DNA of 56,867 nucleotides, taken from a virus (lineage: Duplodnaviria; Caudoviricetes). The DNA lies in IMG/VR virus record IMGVR_UViG_3300049042_000288, positions 1 to 56,867 of that record, one strand, 5' to 3'. Below the pieces are notes generated by a model. It had not been told where the DNA came from. It searched no databases and was given only the letters and a program-made list of their open reading frames with translations. A program made the translations under genes and the position numbers. Numbering within the stretch: position 1 is the stretch's first letter; every line of letters starts with the position of its first letter. This document shows, one piece after another, positions 14,970-25,349 of the stretch.

Positions 14970-17900
14970 ATGGCCGACAAGAATCGCATCGCTGAAGCTT
15001 TGATGCGTCGCCAGCAGCGCGACGCCAATGGCAGGCTCATCGAGCCTGACTACAGCTTTGTGTTGCCTCCTGACGGCATCGATCCCAGCGCGCCTGTCTG
15101 GAAGGAGGCTAAGCCCAGCTTCCTCGAGTCGCTCATGGATCGCTTCGAGTTGAACCGCGCTCAGATGGCTGACGCGGACAACATCACCGCGTCCGCACTG
15201 CAAAGCGTAGGCGTCGACACGCCGATCCTCAAGAAGCGCCGCGAGGAGCAGACACGCAAGTACAACCAGTTGCGACCGTGGTACGAGGCCGATAATAACC
15301 TGCAGAGCTTGGCCGAGTTTGGTGCCGCGACTGCAGGCACGCTGACTGGCAGCATGGCTGACCCGATCAACTTCGTCGGTGGCGTCAGCAAGAAGGCTTA
15401 TGACACGTTTGCGCGCAACGCTGGCATCGCTGGTCTCGCCGACTCTGTCTTGCAGCTCACCGACACCGATAAGACCGTCTACAATCCTGCCTCAGAGAAG
15501 TATAACCCTGCGACGGGTGGATTCGATGCTCAGCTTGACAAGCAGGGCAACCCGATTGAGACATGGACCACGCCAGAGTTCGACCCGAGCCGGGTGCTCA
15601 TGTCCATGGGCGCTGGCGGAACGCTCTCGACGGGTGTGGCTGGTCAGATACCGCAGCTCGGTCGTGAGGCACTCGACGTTGCCAAGGAACCGATCCGCTC
15701 CGCGAACAGGGTCGCCGAGACACTCAATAAGAAAATCTACGAGCAGGGCGGAAAGCTGCTTCCTCCTGTAGACCCGATCAACGGCTGGGCCCTGACGCCT
15801 GAAGAGGCGATGAACCGCTGGGACGCGATCCGTCAGGACAGCGGCCAGAAGACCTTCCCCGACAACGCACTTACGCTCGACGAGGTGTTGGCCAACGACA
15901 ACCAGACCCTCGATGTTGGCATGCTCGAGTACAACTCGAAGGTCGCAGGTCCCGCCTACGAAGGCATGTCGGTCGACCAGTATAACGCCCTGACACCAGA
16001 GCAGCAGCAGGCCGCTCTCCCGGGAGCAGGGACAGGACACGTCCCCGCATCTGAAGCCACGCCTGTCGAGCCCCAAAACGCAGCCACGCCCGGGAAGATG
16101 AAGGCGCTGGCTACCGCACGTCGCAGCGGCGAACGGCGCGTCGGCAAGACAGTATGGAATAACCCATCGAACTTCGGCTCCCCGACCGGGTATGACAAGA
16201 CCGAAATTCTGCACAACCCGAACGCACGTCAGGTCAAGGCGCTCTCAAGGAAAGCTCCGTACGGAGAACTGCGCTGGCTGGCCGACATGACCACGGGCGA
16301 CGTTCACGTCTGGCCTGCGGCCCACGGCTTCCACAACGATGCTGCGAACGCCATGGGCATCAAGTACCTCGACAACTCGGGGCAGATGATCCACGGCTAC
16401 TTCGACGACAGCTACCCGGTTGATTTCGACAACGCGAAGACCATCGACGACCTGCTCGAACAGCAGTGGAAGGGGCGCGACTTCTTCGAGGGCCGCGACC
16501 GCCTGATGGACATGACGGGTCGCAAGACACCGCACGCTCCCGGATCAGTCAACCCTAAGTCCCCTGCAGAGCGCCTCGCCGCAGAGCAGACGCGCCCGCC
16601 CGGCGAGCCCGGCCCATCGATCAGGGAAGAGTACCCGGGTATCTACACCTACATGGGCGAGGGGGTCGACGATCCGCGCAATCCGATCCCCGCACTGACC
16701 GAAAAGGCGAAGGGCAACCTCGAAGATTTCGCGGGCGACTCATGGAACACCTTGGACGGCAAGTTCGTAGAAATAGAGCCGGGCCGCTTCATTACGCGCG
16801 AGCAGTATCTCGGGCTCAAGTCAGATATGTCCCGGGGTAAAATCGACCCAGCCTCGCGCATTGGCCGCGCCATTACCAAGCACGAAGAGCTGCAGGCGCG
16901 CCCCGACATGTACGGAAACCCGGCAGCGCCGATCAAGCCATACGCCGGGTACAAGCCCGCAGAGCCATACGCCCCGTACAAGCCCGCAGAGCCAACCGCT
17001 GGCGGCGATGAATACATGACGCTGAGCGAGATGAAGCGGGAGTGGGATGTCAGCCCCGGCATCTATCCTGCGTTCACGTTGGACAATGCGATCACGCACA
17101 ACATCTTGACGGGCAACGACTTCAACGCATATCGCGATGCGCTGAAGGGCGAAGGCAACAATCGTAACTGGCAGGGCAAGGTTCTGCCCGACAACGACCT
17201 TGCTCGCGCTCGTCGCGACCGCATGCGGGAGCGCGCTCGTGAGCGTGCGTTCACTGGCAGCGAGAGACCCGACGACCTCGACATGTTCGCGGACAATCCG
17301 GCGCTCGCCACGATATCGCCGAATGACATCGAGCGCCTCGTCGCTGAGCGTCCCGACTTCGCTGGTCTGGACGCACCGACGATGCAGTGGCTGCATGACG
17401 AAGCTGGCTGGTATCAGAGTCCGATGCAGGGGACAAACGAAGTTGATCCCATCTTCAGGCCGAACAGATATGGCACCGATGATGATCTTACCTCCTACAT
17501 TCAGGCAGGCATCAACGACATCCCGTCAATCCGCGATCTGGCCACCAAGTTCACCGACCAGAAGAGGGCCGCAGGGTCCATCGGCGAGGGTGTTGCCAAG
17601 GCTCTCATGGAGCGTAAAGCCCCGGCGAAGGCTGGTCTCGCTGGTGCGAAGGGCACGAAGCGCAAATCGAAGCGCAAGACGATCTACGACGACAAGGACA
17701 GCTATTTTGAACAGCGTACTGGCGCGTTTAGCGATGACCTCGACAACATCGACAACATGGATATGGCCGTCCACAACGATGGCGAGCCCGTCTACAAGGA
17801 CCTGAGCGAGCCGCGCAACGTCAAGGCAGCGCGCGCCAAGATGGCCAAGGGATCAACGCGCTACGATGACCCATCCATGTACGGTGATCCGTCAGGCGTC

Positions 17901-20900
17901 CCTTTCACGTATATCACGCACAACCCGACCATCAAGCAGTTCATGGACGTGGCCAAGAAGTCGCCGTATGGCGAGGTGCGCTACCTCGTAGACGGTAACG
18001 GGGACACACACATCTGGCCTGCCGCTCACTCCTACCACGATGACGCTGCCCGGTTCATGGGCCTCCCAGCAAATGATAGCATGCTCCATGGGAACATGAA
18101 CAAAAACGTCATCGACAAGGTGATGAAGAGATACCAGCCGGATAACATCCAGCAGCTCGTCTTCGCAGATCAGCGCGTGCCGCGCACGCCTGAAGACCTC
18201 AAGAGTGGCGCTGATCATTCCGGGACTTACGACATCGACACCTACATGATGGATCACGGGATCAACAATCCCGTATGGTACTTCGAGCAGGCTCGCTTCG
18301 ACAATCAGCTCCCGTATCGCCGCGCTGGTGATGGCATCAACGCCGCTGCCAAGGCCATCGATCCTGACCTGATGAACAGCGCAGCCGCGAAGGCGAAGGC
18401 GACAGCTACCGCCGCACCATCTCAGGACGGCGACGCAGCCATGCGCGCCATGCAGAACGAAGCCCGGTCGCGCACGCGCGTTCGCAAGAAAGGTGAACCG
18501 TCCTACGATCCGAAGCTTGGCTATCTGGAGCGTCAGTCGAAGGTCGGAAACGATCCCCTTACCGAAGCTGATCTTGGCGATGGCTTCGACGCGGCTGCAT
18601 CGTTCGATGGCAACGCGAAGGATTGGAGCAAGGTTCCGGTCAAGGACATCCACGCCGACCAGCGCGCCAAGCTCATAGACCCGACACGCCCGATCCCGGA
18701 CGAGACCGCAGCGCCGAAGCCGCTGAACACGCGCGAAGCCAAGAAGGTGCTGACGCCGGAAGAGGCCGACAAGGTACTCACCGAGCGCAGGACGGTGCTC
18801 GGTCAGCGCAACGAGGAGAAGGTCGTCAAGGCCACGACGCTTGGAGCATCGATCACAAGAAGCGTTGCCGACCACGCCAAGATGTCCCCGGCTGAGCGCG
18901 CCCTGAACCTCAAGGCGGCAGAAGAAGTCCTGTCCAAGGCGATGGGCAACAAGAACGGACAGGTCACGCGCCTGTTCACGAAGAACGCCAAGCTGTTGAA
19001 GGCCGAGAAGGGCTACGATGGCAACTGGGTCAAGGACCCGATGAAGCTGCCGAACGGTCAGGGCATCGAGACCACGGGCATGGCGCTCGCACCGTCGAGC
19101 GAAACACGTGGCTTCAAGACCTGCCCGAACAGCGCGTCGTGTCGCGATGCCTGCCTCGGGTTCAAGGCTGGCCAGTACTATCAGGGCGGCGTCGATGGTG
19201 GCCCGCAGACAGCGTCGCGCAAGCGCACGCAGGCACTGCTCGATCACCCTGATGCCTATGGCGTCCAGATGTACGAAGAGATCGCTGCGGCGCGTCGCAC
19301 GGCGATCAAGAACGGCAACATCCTTGGCGTTCGCATGAACGTACTCAGTGACGTGGACCCGAAGGTCTACAAGTCGCTGATCGAGGCGTTCCCCGACGTG
19401 TGGTTCTATGACTACACGAAGATGAACTATCGCCCCATCGCGCCGAACCATCACGTGACGTACTCGTCCACGGGCGTGTCGAACAAGGACGTGACTAACC
19501 TGAACCAGAACTGGTCGCGCATGCGCGCCAAGCTGGAGACGGGTGACAACGTCGCCATGGCATTCACCGACAAGAAGTCGATCCCGAAGTTCGTCATGGA
19601 CGAAGAGACGGGCAAGATTTACCGCACCGTCGATGGCGTCGGAACCGACTTCCGCCCAAGTGATCTCATGGAGACCGATGGCAAGGAAGGTGTGATCGTC
19701 GCGCTGAAGAACATGGAGCAGTCAACGCACAAGGGCGTTGAGCACATGGAAACCGCTGGCTTCCTCGTTCCCTACGACGCCAAGTACAAGCGCGAGATGT
19801 CGAAGACGGGCAAACCGGGCAAGTACATCCGCGACGAGCGCGGCCAGATGATCCCGACATCGGAGATCGCAGTGATCCCGAAACAGGTGTCGCGCAAGAC
19901 AGAGCGAGAGAAGGCCCGCGTCCAGATCACGGTCGGTGGCAAGGACATGTCGGATTACGGTGGGCAGTCAACAGGCTACACACCTGACCAGAGCACAGCG
20001 CCTGCCGCTGGCATGAGCAACGTGACGATGAAGAACACAGCGGCGCAGGACGCCCTGAACAGCTTCATCACGCCGGACATGCAGCTCAAAAACCCGATGC
20101 TCGTCCGTCGCGCTCCTCAGGCTGACTTTGACCGCGCCAGCACGACGAACCTGTCTCGCGACCAGCTTATTCAGGCACAGCGCAGCATGGTGCGGTTCCA
20201 GCAGGGAACCGAGGGCAAGCCGCTCAACGAGCGCACCAATGCCGATTGGATCAGGGGCAACCCGAACCTGCCGCAGCGCCCGTTCAGCGAGGACTACCCG
20301 AACATGGTCGTCCCCGAGAAGAAGGGGAAGGCCAAGCCCGAGAAGCTCACCGAGACACGTCGCGGCACGCCGATCACGGCACGCAACGTCATCGGTCGTC
20401 GCACGGTGGGTGGAGATGATGTCTCTCTCAACGACAAGGAAATTCGGGACATCGTCAAGTATCTCCTGAAGGAGAGCCCGCGCCGCAGCGCAGCTTTGTC
20501 GAACCCGCTCACTGGATCGCCAGCCAAGCCCGGCGTGCTCAGCAAGCGCAACCTCGGACTGGGCACGCTCGCGGCAGTCGAGATGGGGATCGTCAATAAA
20601 GCCGATGCATCGAGGGGCATAAAGACAGGCGACCTGCTGAACAAGAACATCCGCGTCAACAACCAGTATCCGGTTGAGTCACAGAACGACGCTCTCCGTC
20701 ATGAGGTCGGCCACGGCATCTTCGCCGAGACGCGCATGGGCAAGGACGATCTCTTCGCGCGCGGCACGAACAAGCGGTATGGAGACAGCACTAAACCGAT
20801 GCCGTTCCCGGAAATCCCGGACGACATCGCAGCCCAGATGCGTCGCGTCTACCATGACGTGGCCAAGGTCGATCCTATCGGAGACTACAGGCCAGACGTT

Positions 20901-21194
20901 GATCCGTGGGGCAACCTGTCCCCCGAGAATCTTGGATACCCGTCTTCGCACACGACGCACGAGCTGTTCGCCGAGTTCTTCAAGGCGGTTGTACGCGACC
21001 CGAACTACGTCAAGTCGGTCGCGCCGGAAGCCTATGAGTGGATGGCGAAGATGCTCGACCAAGACCCGTACCTGAGCAAGGTCGTGCAGATGAATAGCAT
21101 CGGCGGTGCGGCGGGTAGTGGCCTCGCAGCCTTCCTCGCATCGCAGATGACCGGAAATCAGGATCAGGGATATCAGGATCAAGGATATGAGTGA
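14970..21194 (+). CDS. Giant multidomain (polyvalent-type) protein: duplicated domain, Cys-containing GP88-like domain and C-terminal HExxH metallopeptidase
   Basis: ~2074-aa open frame; two HNP...YGE.R...H.WPAAH..H.DAA copies; TCPNSASCRDACLG...RMNVLSD...FYDYTK; LRHEVGH...ELFAE. Confidence 0.8.
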   Translation: MADKNRIAEALMRRQQRDANGRLIEPDYSFVLPPDGIDPSAPVWKEAKPSFLESLMDRFELNRAQMADADNITASALQSVGVDTPILKKRREEQTRKYNQLRPWYEADNNLQSLAEFGAATAGTLTGSMADPINFVGGVSKKAYDTFARNAGIAGLADSVLQLTDTDKTVYNPASEKYNPATGGFDAQLDKQGNPIETWTTPEFDPSRVLMSMGAGGTLSTGVAGQIPQLGREALDVAKEPIRSANRVAETLNKKIYEQGGKLLPPVDPINGWALTPEEAMNRWDAIRQDSGQKTFPDNALTLDEVLANDNQTLDVGMLEYNSKVAGPAYEGMSVDQYNALTPEQQQAALPGAGTGHVPASEATPVEPQNAATPGKMKALATARRSGERRVGKTVWNNPSNFGSPTGYDKTEILHNPNARQVKALSRKAPYGELRWLADMTTGDVHVWPAAHGFHNDAANAMGIKYLDNSGQMIHGYFDDSYPVDFDNAKTIDDLLEQQWKGRDFFEGRDRLMDMTGRKTPHAPGSVNPKSPAERLAAEQTRPPGEPGPSIREEYPGIYTYMGEGVDDPRNPIPALTEKAKGNLEDFAGDSWNTLDGKFVEIEPGRFITREQYLGLKSDMSRGKIDPASRIGRAITKHEELQARPDMYGNPAAPIKPYAGYKPAEPYAPYKPAEPTAGGDEYMTLSEMKREWDVSPGIYPAFTLDNAITHNILTGNDFNAYRDALKGEGNNRNWQGKVLPDNDLARARRDRMRERARERAFTGSERPDDLDMFADNPALATISPNDIERLVAERPDFAGLDAPTMQWLHDEAGWYQSPMQGTNEVDPIFRPNRYGTDDDLTSYIQAGINDIPSIRDLATKFTDQKRAAGSIGEGVAKALMERKAPAKAGLAGAKGTKRKSKRKTIYDDKDSYFEQRTGAFSDDLDNIDNMDMAVHNDGEPVYKDLSEPRNVKAARAKMAKGSTRYDDPSMYGDPSGVPFTYITHNPTIKQFMDVAKKSPYGEVRYLVDGNGDTHIWPAAHSYHDDAARFMGLPANDSMLHGNMNKNVIDKVMKRYQPDNIQQLVFADQRVPRTPEDLKSGADHSGTYDIDTYMMDHGINNPVWYFEQARFDNQLPYRRAGDGINAAAKAIDPDLMNSAAAKAKATATAAPSQDGDAAMRAMQNEARSRTRVRKKGEPSYDPKLGYLERQSKVGNDPLTEADLGDGFDAAASFDGNAKDWSKVPVKDIHADQRAKLIDPTRPIPDETAAPKPLNTREAKKVLTPEEADKVLTERRTVLGQRNEEKVVKATTLGASITRSVADHAKMSPAERALNLKAAEEVLSKAMGNKNGQVTRLFTKNAKLLKAEKGYDGNWVKDPMKLPNGQGIETTGMALAPSSETRGFKTCPNSASCRDACLGFKAGQYYQGGVDGGPQTASRKRTQALLDHPDAYGVQMYEEIAAARRTAIKNGNILGVRMNVLSDVDPKVYKSLIEAFPDVWFYDYTKMNYRPIAPNHHVTYSSTGVSNKDVTNLNQNWSRMRAKLETGDNVAMAFTDKKSIPKFVMDEETGKIYRTVDGVGTDFRPSDLMETDGKEGVIVALKNMEQSTHKGVEHMETAGFLVPYDAKYKREMSKTGKPGKYIRDERGQMIPTSEIAVIPKQVSRKTEREKARVQITVGGKDMSDYGGQSTGYTPDQSTAPAAGMSNVTMKNTAAQDALNSFITPDMQLKNPMLVRRAPQADFDRASTTNLSRDQLIQAQRSMVRFQQGTEGKPLNERTNADWIRGNPNLPQRPFSEDYPNMVVPEKKGKAKPEKLTETRRGTPITARNVIGRRTVGGDDVSLNDKEIRDIVKYLLKESPRRSAALSNPLTGSPAKPGVLSKRNLGLGTLAAVEMGIVNKADASRGIKTGDLLNKNIRVNNQYPVESQNDALRHEVGHGIFAETRMGKDDLFARGTNKRYGDSTKPMPFPEIPDDIAAQMRRVYHDVAKVDPIGDYRPDVDPWGNLSPENLGYPSSHTTHELFAEFFKAVVRDPNYVKSVAPEAYEWMAKMLDQDPYLSKVVQMNSIGGAAGSGLAAFLASQMTGNQDQGYQDQGYE

Positions 21195-21420
21195 CCCCAA
21201 GGAATACATCTGCAGCCACGATCAGGGTCATGCGGACGGAGAGTGCGCTGGCGATTGCGGCGGCACGTGCGATGAGCACGATGATGGCGAGCGCGAGAAC
21301 TATGGCGCTGACCTCGATCACCCACCGACACAGAAGCTTGTTGACTTCCGCGAGATGGGAAGGCAACTCCGCATGCCGGAACCTGACCGTCTTCAGGGTC
21401 TGATCGACAAGGGCTACTGA
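21187..21420 (+). CDS. Small acidic Cys/His-rich protein
   Basis: CSHDQGHADGECAGDCGGTCDEH; overlaps the giant gene stop and is TGATG-coupled to the portal. Confidence 0.6.
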   Translation: MSDPKEYICSHDQGHADGECAGDCGGTCDEHDDGERENYGADLDHPPTQKLVDFREMGRQLRMPEPDRLQGLIDKGY

Positions 21421-24245
21421 TGGCGAAGAAGAAGCCTCTGCAGAGGGCTGAAAAGTCCCAGAAGCAGGCAGAGACAGAAGCGCAGCAGCAGCACGCCCAC
21501 TGGGCGGATGAGATCAAGCGCGCCAAGAAGTACTTTGAGGATTGGCAGAAGCGGGCCAAGTCCATCGTCAAGCTGTACAAGGACGACCGGGCCCAGAGTG
21601 AAAACGAAGGCTTTGAGAAGAAGAGCAGGATGAACATCCTGTGGTCGAACATCTCGGTCTTGCAGCCATCACTCTACTCGCGAACGCCGGAACCGAACGT
21701 CTCCCGGAGGTTTATGGACAAGGACCCCGTGTCACGCACGGCGTCCCTGATCATTGAGCGTAACCTGCAGACCTCGCAGGAGATGATCGAGTTCGACTAC
21801 CCGATGAAGCGCGCGCGCGACGACTACCTTCTGGCCGCGCGTGGCACCGCATGGGTTCGCTTCGCTCCCGAGTTTGGCATGATGCCGATGAAGGAACCTG
21901 TCACGCAGATTTACGATGACGCAGGCGGCGGTTTGTACAAGGACAACAAGGGCAACCAGATCGATAAGTCGAAGGTCAAGAATGACGACGAGATTGGTGA
22001 GTACTACGAGACAGAGCCTGTCGAGCAGGTTTTGACGTATGGACTCGATGTCGATCACGTGCTGTGGTCCGACTTCCTGCACGAGCCAGCAAATAGCTGG
22101 AAAGGCGTGGGTTGGATCGCTCGCCGCCACATGATGAAGCGCGGTCAGGTCAAGAAGGAATTCGGAGAGGAGATCGGAAAGGCGATCACCTTGAACCGAT
22201 CCTATGAGCGCGAAGAGGATGGCCGCGTCACCGAAGAGCCCAACGCCGTCGAGGTGTGGGAAATCTGGTGCCGCACGAGCAAGTCGGTGTACTGGTTCAC
22301 GGATGCATGGCCGCAGGGTCTGCTCAAGGAACAGGAAGACCCGCTGCACCTGTCCAACTTCTTCCCATGCCCGCGCCCGATCTGGGGCACGATGTCGACC
22401 GACAGCACAGTTCCGGTGCCTGACTACTGTCTCTATCAGGATCAGGCAAACCAGATAGACCAGATCACGGATCGCATCCGCCTTCTGACCAAGGCCATTC
22501 GCGTCGTCGGCGTTTACAACGCTGCGAACGCCAGCCTGCAGGAGCTGCTTGAAGAGGGCAGAGAGAACGACATGATCCCGGTAGACAACTGGGTTTGGTT
22601 CTCGGGCTCAAGTGGTATCAAGGGAAACGTCGATTGGCTCCCCGTCGAGCCGATGGCCAACGTCCTCAAGACACTCTTCGAGGTTCGCTCGCAGCTCCGT
22701 CAGGACCTCTACGAGGTCACGGGTATCAGCGACATCATCCGCGGCTCGACCATGGCCAGCGAGACCGCTACGGCCCAGCAGATCAAGGCGAACTTCGGCA
22801 ACCTACGTCTGCAGGATCGTCAGTCGGAGATGAGCCGCTTTGCACGCGACACGCTTCGCATAATGGCGGAAATCCAGTGCGAGCATTATCCGCCCGAGGC
22901 GCTCATTGAGATGAGCGGTGTCCTCGAAACGGACGAGTACAAGTCCATCAACGATCAGAAGCAGCTCGAAGACGCAGCGACCAAGGTTGCTCAGGCCATC
23001 GAGATGATCAAGACGGACAAGCTCCGCACGTTCAAGATCGATATCGAGACCGACGCAACGGTCGCAGCCGATCAGCAGAAAGAGAAAGAGACTCGCGTCG
23101 AGTTCCTTCAGTCTGTGTCGCCGTTCCTCGAAAAGGCGGTGCAGGTTGGACAGGCATCTCCAGAGATGGTGCCGCTCCTTCTCAAGATGCTGGACTTCGG
23201 CGTTCGTGGGTTCCGCACTGGTCGGACACTGGAAGGCGCTATCGAGCAGTTCATCGACTCGACAGAAAAGGCTCAACAGGAAGCGGAGAAGAACCCGCAA
23301 CCAGACCAACCTTCTGACGAGCAGCTCAAAATACAGTCCGATATGCAGAAGCATGCCGAGACGCTCAAGGCTGAAATGCAGAAGCACATGGAAGAGCTTC
23401 AGGCCAAAGGTGCGTCGGAAGCGAACGCAGCGAAGCTCAAGGCAGACGAGATCGCAGCCCGTCGTGATGAAGCGATGGCCCGCGTCAAGCTCGATGAGAA
23501 GAAGCTGACCGAAGAGTTCAATATCCGCCGCGCCGAGCTGGAGAACCAGCAGCAGAAGACGCAGGCAGACATCCGAAAGATCGAAGCCGAAATCAAGAAG
23601 CTTGAGTCCGAAGCTGGCGTCGCCGAGATCAAGGAGATCATGGGCGAGGTGCCGGAAGAGCAACCGCAGCCGACAGATGTCGACAAAGCCGACGCAAAGT
23701 CGAAGATGGCGACGGCGCAGACGACACTCATCGAACAGCAGATCAAGTACGTCGAGCTGCAACAGCGCCTTGAAGCTCTGAAGGAGATGCAAAACACTGC
23801 GTATGGAAGCGAAGGCGACGAAGGCGACGAAGGCGACGAAGGTCACGAAAGCAGCGAAGAGCTGGAAGAACCGCCGACGAACGAGATCATGCGCGACGAA
23901 GCTGGCAACCTGACGGGCCTCAAGAGCGAGACCAAGGTCAAGCCAAAGCCAAGGTCAAGCATCGCGCTCCCGAACGATCTGGGGTCACCGGACTTTGGTC
24001 GGAGGAAGAAGCGCACGAAAATGCATCGTATCTTGCGCGGACCTGATGGAAACATCATGGGGGTGAAGACCGATGAAGTGGAAGAGGACGACGACGAAGC
24101 GCCTATCGAGACTGAAAATCTTGGGGCTGGTCCGCCGAAGCCTTCCGCCGAAGCTGCACCGGGCGTGCAGATGAATGGCCTGCCGACGCCGCCTTCGGAG
24201 ATGGCTGCTGTCGACCCAAACAAACCTATCGGGGCAATCGAATGA
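21420..24245 (+). CDS. Portal protein with long coiled-coil/acidic C-terminal extension
   Basis: NILWSNI..LQPSLY, FFPCPRP, YEVTGISDIIRG, ETATAQQIK; located between terminase and capsid genes. Confidence 0.85.
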   Translation: MAKKKPLQRAEKSQKQAETEAQQQHAHWADEIKRAKKYFEDWQKRAKSIVKLYKDDRAQSENEGFEKKSRMNILWSNISVLQPSLYSRTPEPNVSRRFMDKDPVSRTASLIIERNLQTSQEMIEFDYPMKRARDDYLLAARGTAWVRFAPEFGMMPMKEPVTQIYDDAGGGLYKDNKGNQIDKSKVKNDDEIGEYYETEPVEQVLTYGLDVDHVLWSDFLHEPANSWKGVGWIARRHMMKRGQVKKEFGEEIGKAITLNRSYEREEDGRVTEEPNAVEVWEIWCRTSKSVYWFTDAWPQGLLKEQEDPLHLSNFFPCPRPIWGTMSTDSTVPVPDYCLYQDQANQIDQITDRIRLLTKAIRVVGVYNAANASLQELLEEGRENDMIPVDNWVWFSGSSGIKGNVDWLPVEPMANVLKTLFEVRSQLRQDLYEVTGISDIIRGSTMASETATAQQIKANFGNLRLQDRQSEMSRFARDTLRIMAEIQCEHYPPEALIEMSGVLETDEYKSINDQKQLEDAATKVAQAIEMIKTDKLRTFKIDIETDATVAADQQKEKETRVEFLQSVSPFLEKAVQVGQASPEMVPLLLKMLDFGVRGFRTGRTLEGAIEQFIDSTEKAQQEAEKNPQPDQPSDEQLKIQSDMQKHAETLKAEMQKHMEELQAKGASEANAAKLKADEIAARRDEAMARVKLDEKKLTEEFNIRRAELENQQQKTQADIRKIEAEIKKLESEAGVAEIKEIMGEVPEEQPQPTDVDKADAKSKMATAQTTLIEQQIKYVELQQRLEALKEMQNTAYGSEGDEGDEGDEGHESSEELEEPPTNEIMRDEAGNLTGLKSETKVKPKPRSSIALPNDLGSPDFGRRKKRTKMHRILRGPDGNIMGVKTDEVEEDDDEAPIETENLGAGPPKPSAEAAPGVQMNGLPTPPSEMAAVDPNKPIGAIE

Positions 24246-24619
24246 CGCATGCAATATTCAGGCCTGACACACTCAACGGCGTGAAGATCTTCCGGCCCGT
24301 TGTTGAAGATGGTGGTATTCCGACCATCGTCAGCAACACGGTCGCCTTCGAGCCACTGATCGACATCGTCTATCCGACGTGCACGAACGAAGAGATCGCC
24401 GAGATGGCCCTTGGTGAGTTCATCACGATCTCGGAAGACAAGTCGCCAGAGCTTCAGGCCATGGCAAAGATGTTCCGAAAGCAGATATTCACTCTTCTGA
24501 GAAAGTGGCTGCAACGTTCCGCAATAAACGAGCGGACGATCATCATCAACGAACTTAAGAAATTCGGATTCGCTGAAGCGGCCTCATCTGTCGTCAAGCG
24601 AAATCACCAACCGGAGTAA
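24242..24619 (+). CDS. Hypothetical protein
   Basis: 125 aa, ATGA coupled to the portal. Confidence 0.7.
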   Translation: MTHAIFRPDTLNGVKIFRPVVEDGGIPTIVSNTVAFEPLIDIVYPTCTNEEIAEMALGEFITISEDKSPELQAMAKMFRKQIFTLLRKWLQRSAINERTIIINELKKFGFAEAASSVVKRNHQPE

Positions 24620-24624
24620 ATTGA

Positions 24625-25053
24625 ATGGCAAATACAGTACAGCAGGAATGGAAAGAAGAGTTGATGCAAGCGACGGCGAACACGTCGCTCGGCGGAACGG
24701 TGTCGTGTATCTTCACGACTGACGCTTATGCGGCAGCAGACGTGTTCGTGAACCCGGGCCTGACGGCTGTATTCGGTGACGGCTCGAACAACTTCGCAGG
24801 CCGCGAGAACCTCGGATCGAAGACCTTCGGAACGGTCGCCGCGAATGTCTTTGACGCTGCAGACGTTGTGTTTGCCTCGGTAAACACAGGTGGCACGTCA
24901 GTCACGGCAATCTCGGTGTTCACGGACACGTCAACGGACACGACCAGCCGTCTTGTCGCGTACTGGGACAGCGTCACTGGCATGCCATTCACGACATCGT
25001 CCGGCGCTCAAGTGACGATTGCGTGGAGCGCGTCAGGGTTGTTTGCACTGTAG
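24625..25053 (+). CDS. Small beta-rich virion structural protein
   Basis: 142 aa, Thr/Ser/Gly-rich, ends VTIAWSASGLFAL. Confidence 0.65.
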   Translation: MANTVQQEWKEELMQATANTSLGGTVSCIFTTDAYAAADVFVNPGLTAVFGDGSNNFAGRENLGSKTFGTVAANVFDAADVVFASVNTGGTSVTAISVFTDTSTDTTSRLVAYWDSVTGMPFTTSSGAQVTIAWSASGLFAL

Positions 25054-25055
25054 TC

Positions 25056-25349
25056 ATGCCAACTAAACTCAGAACCGATATATATGGAGAGTTGATCGTT
25101 CAACGGCGCGACATGGATGCTGGCGATGTGGTCCCCATGCACGATCACACCAACAGGCCTGCCACGAGCCACATCACGATTGTTTTGAAGGGGTCGATTT
25201 CGATCACTTTTGCTTCTTCTGGAAAAGAGAGGCTTGTTCCTGCGGGTGAATTGATCGATTACGCTTCTGATCAGGAGCAACATATGTTCACGGCTCTTGA
25301 GGATGGAACCATCGTTCTTAACATCATGCGTGGGCCTTACACAAAATGA
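25056..25349 (+). CDS. Cupin-like protein
   Basis: PMHDH...HITIVLKGSI...HMFTALEDGT. Confidence 0.7.
   Translation: MPTKLRTDIYGELIVQRRDMDAGDVVPMHDHTNRPATSHITIVLKGSISITFASSGKERLVPAGELIDYASDQEQHMFTALEDGTIVLNIMRGPYTK

Noticed and set aside
17892-19454. 520-aa minus-strand ORF
   Set aside because: Shadow of the giant gene.
21191-21403. Alternative Ala/Met-rich ORF
   Set aside because: The overlapping 21187-21420 frame is directly coupled to the portal start and is preferred; the alternative is not formally excluded.
23811-23843. GAAGGCGAC tandem repeat
   Set aside because: In-frame low-complexity EGD repeat in the portal tail.
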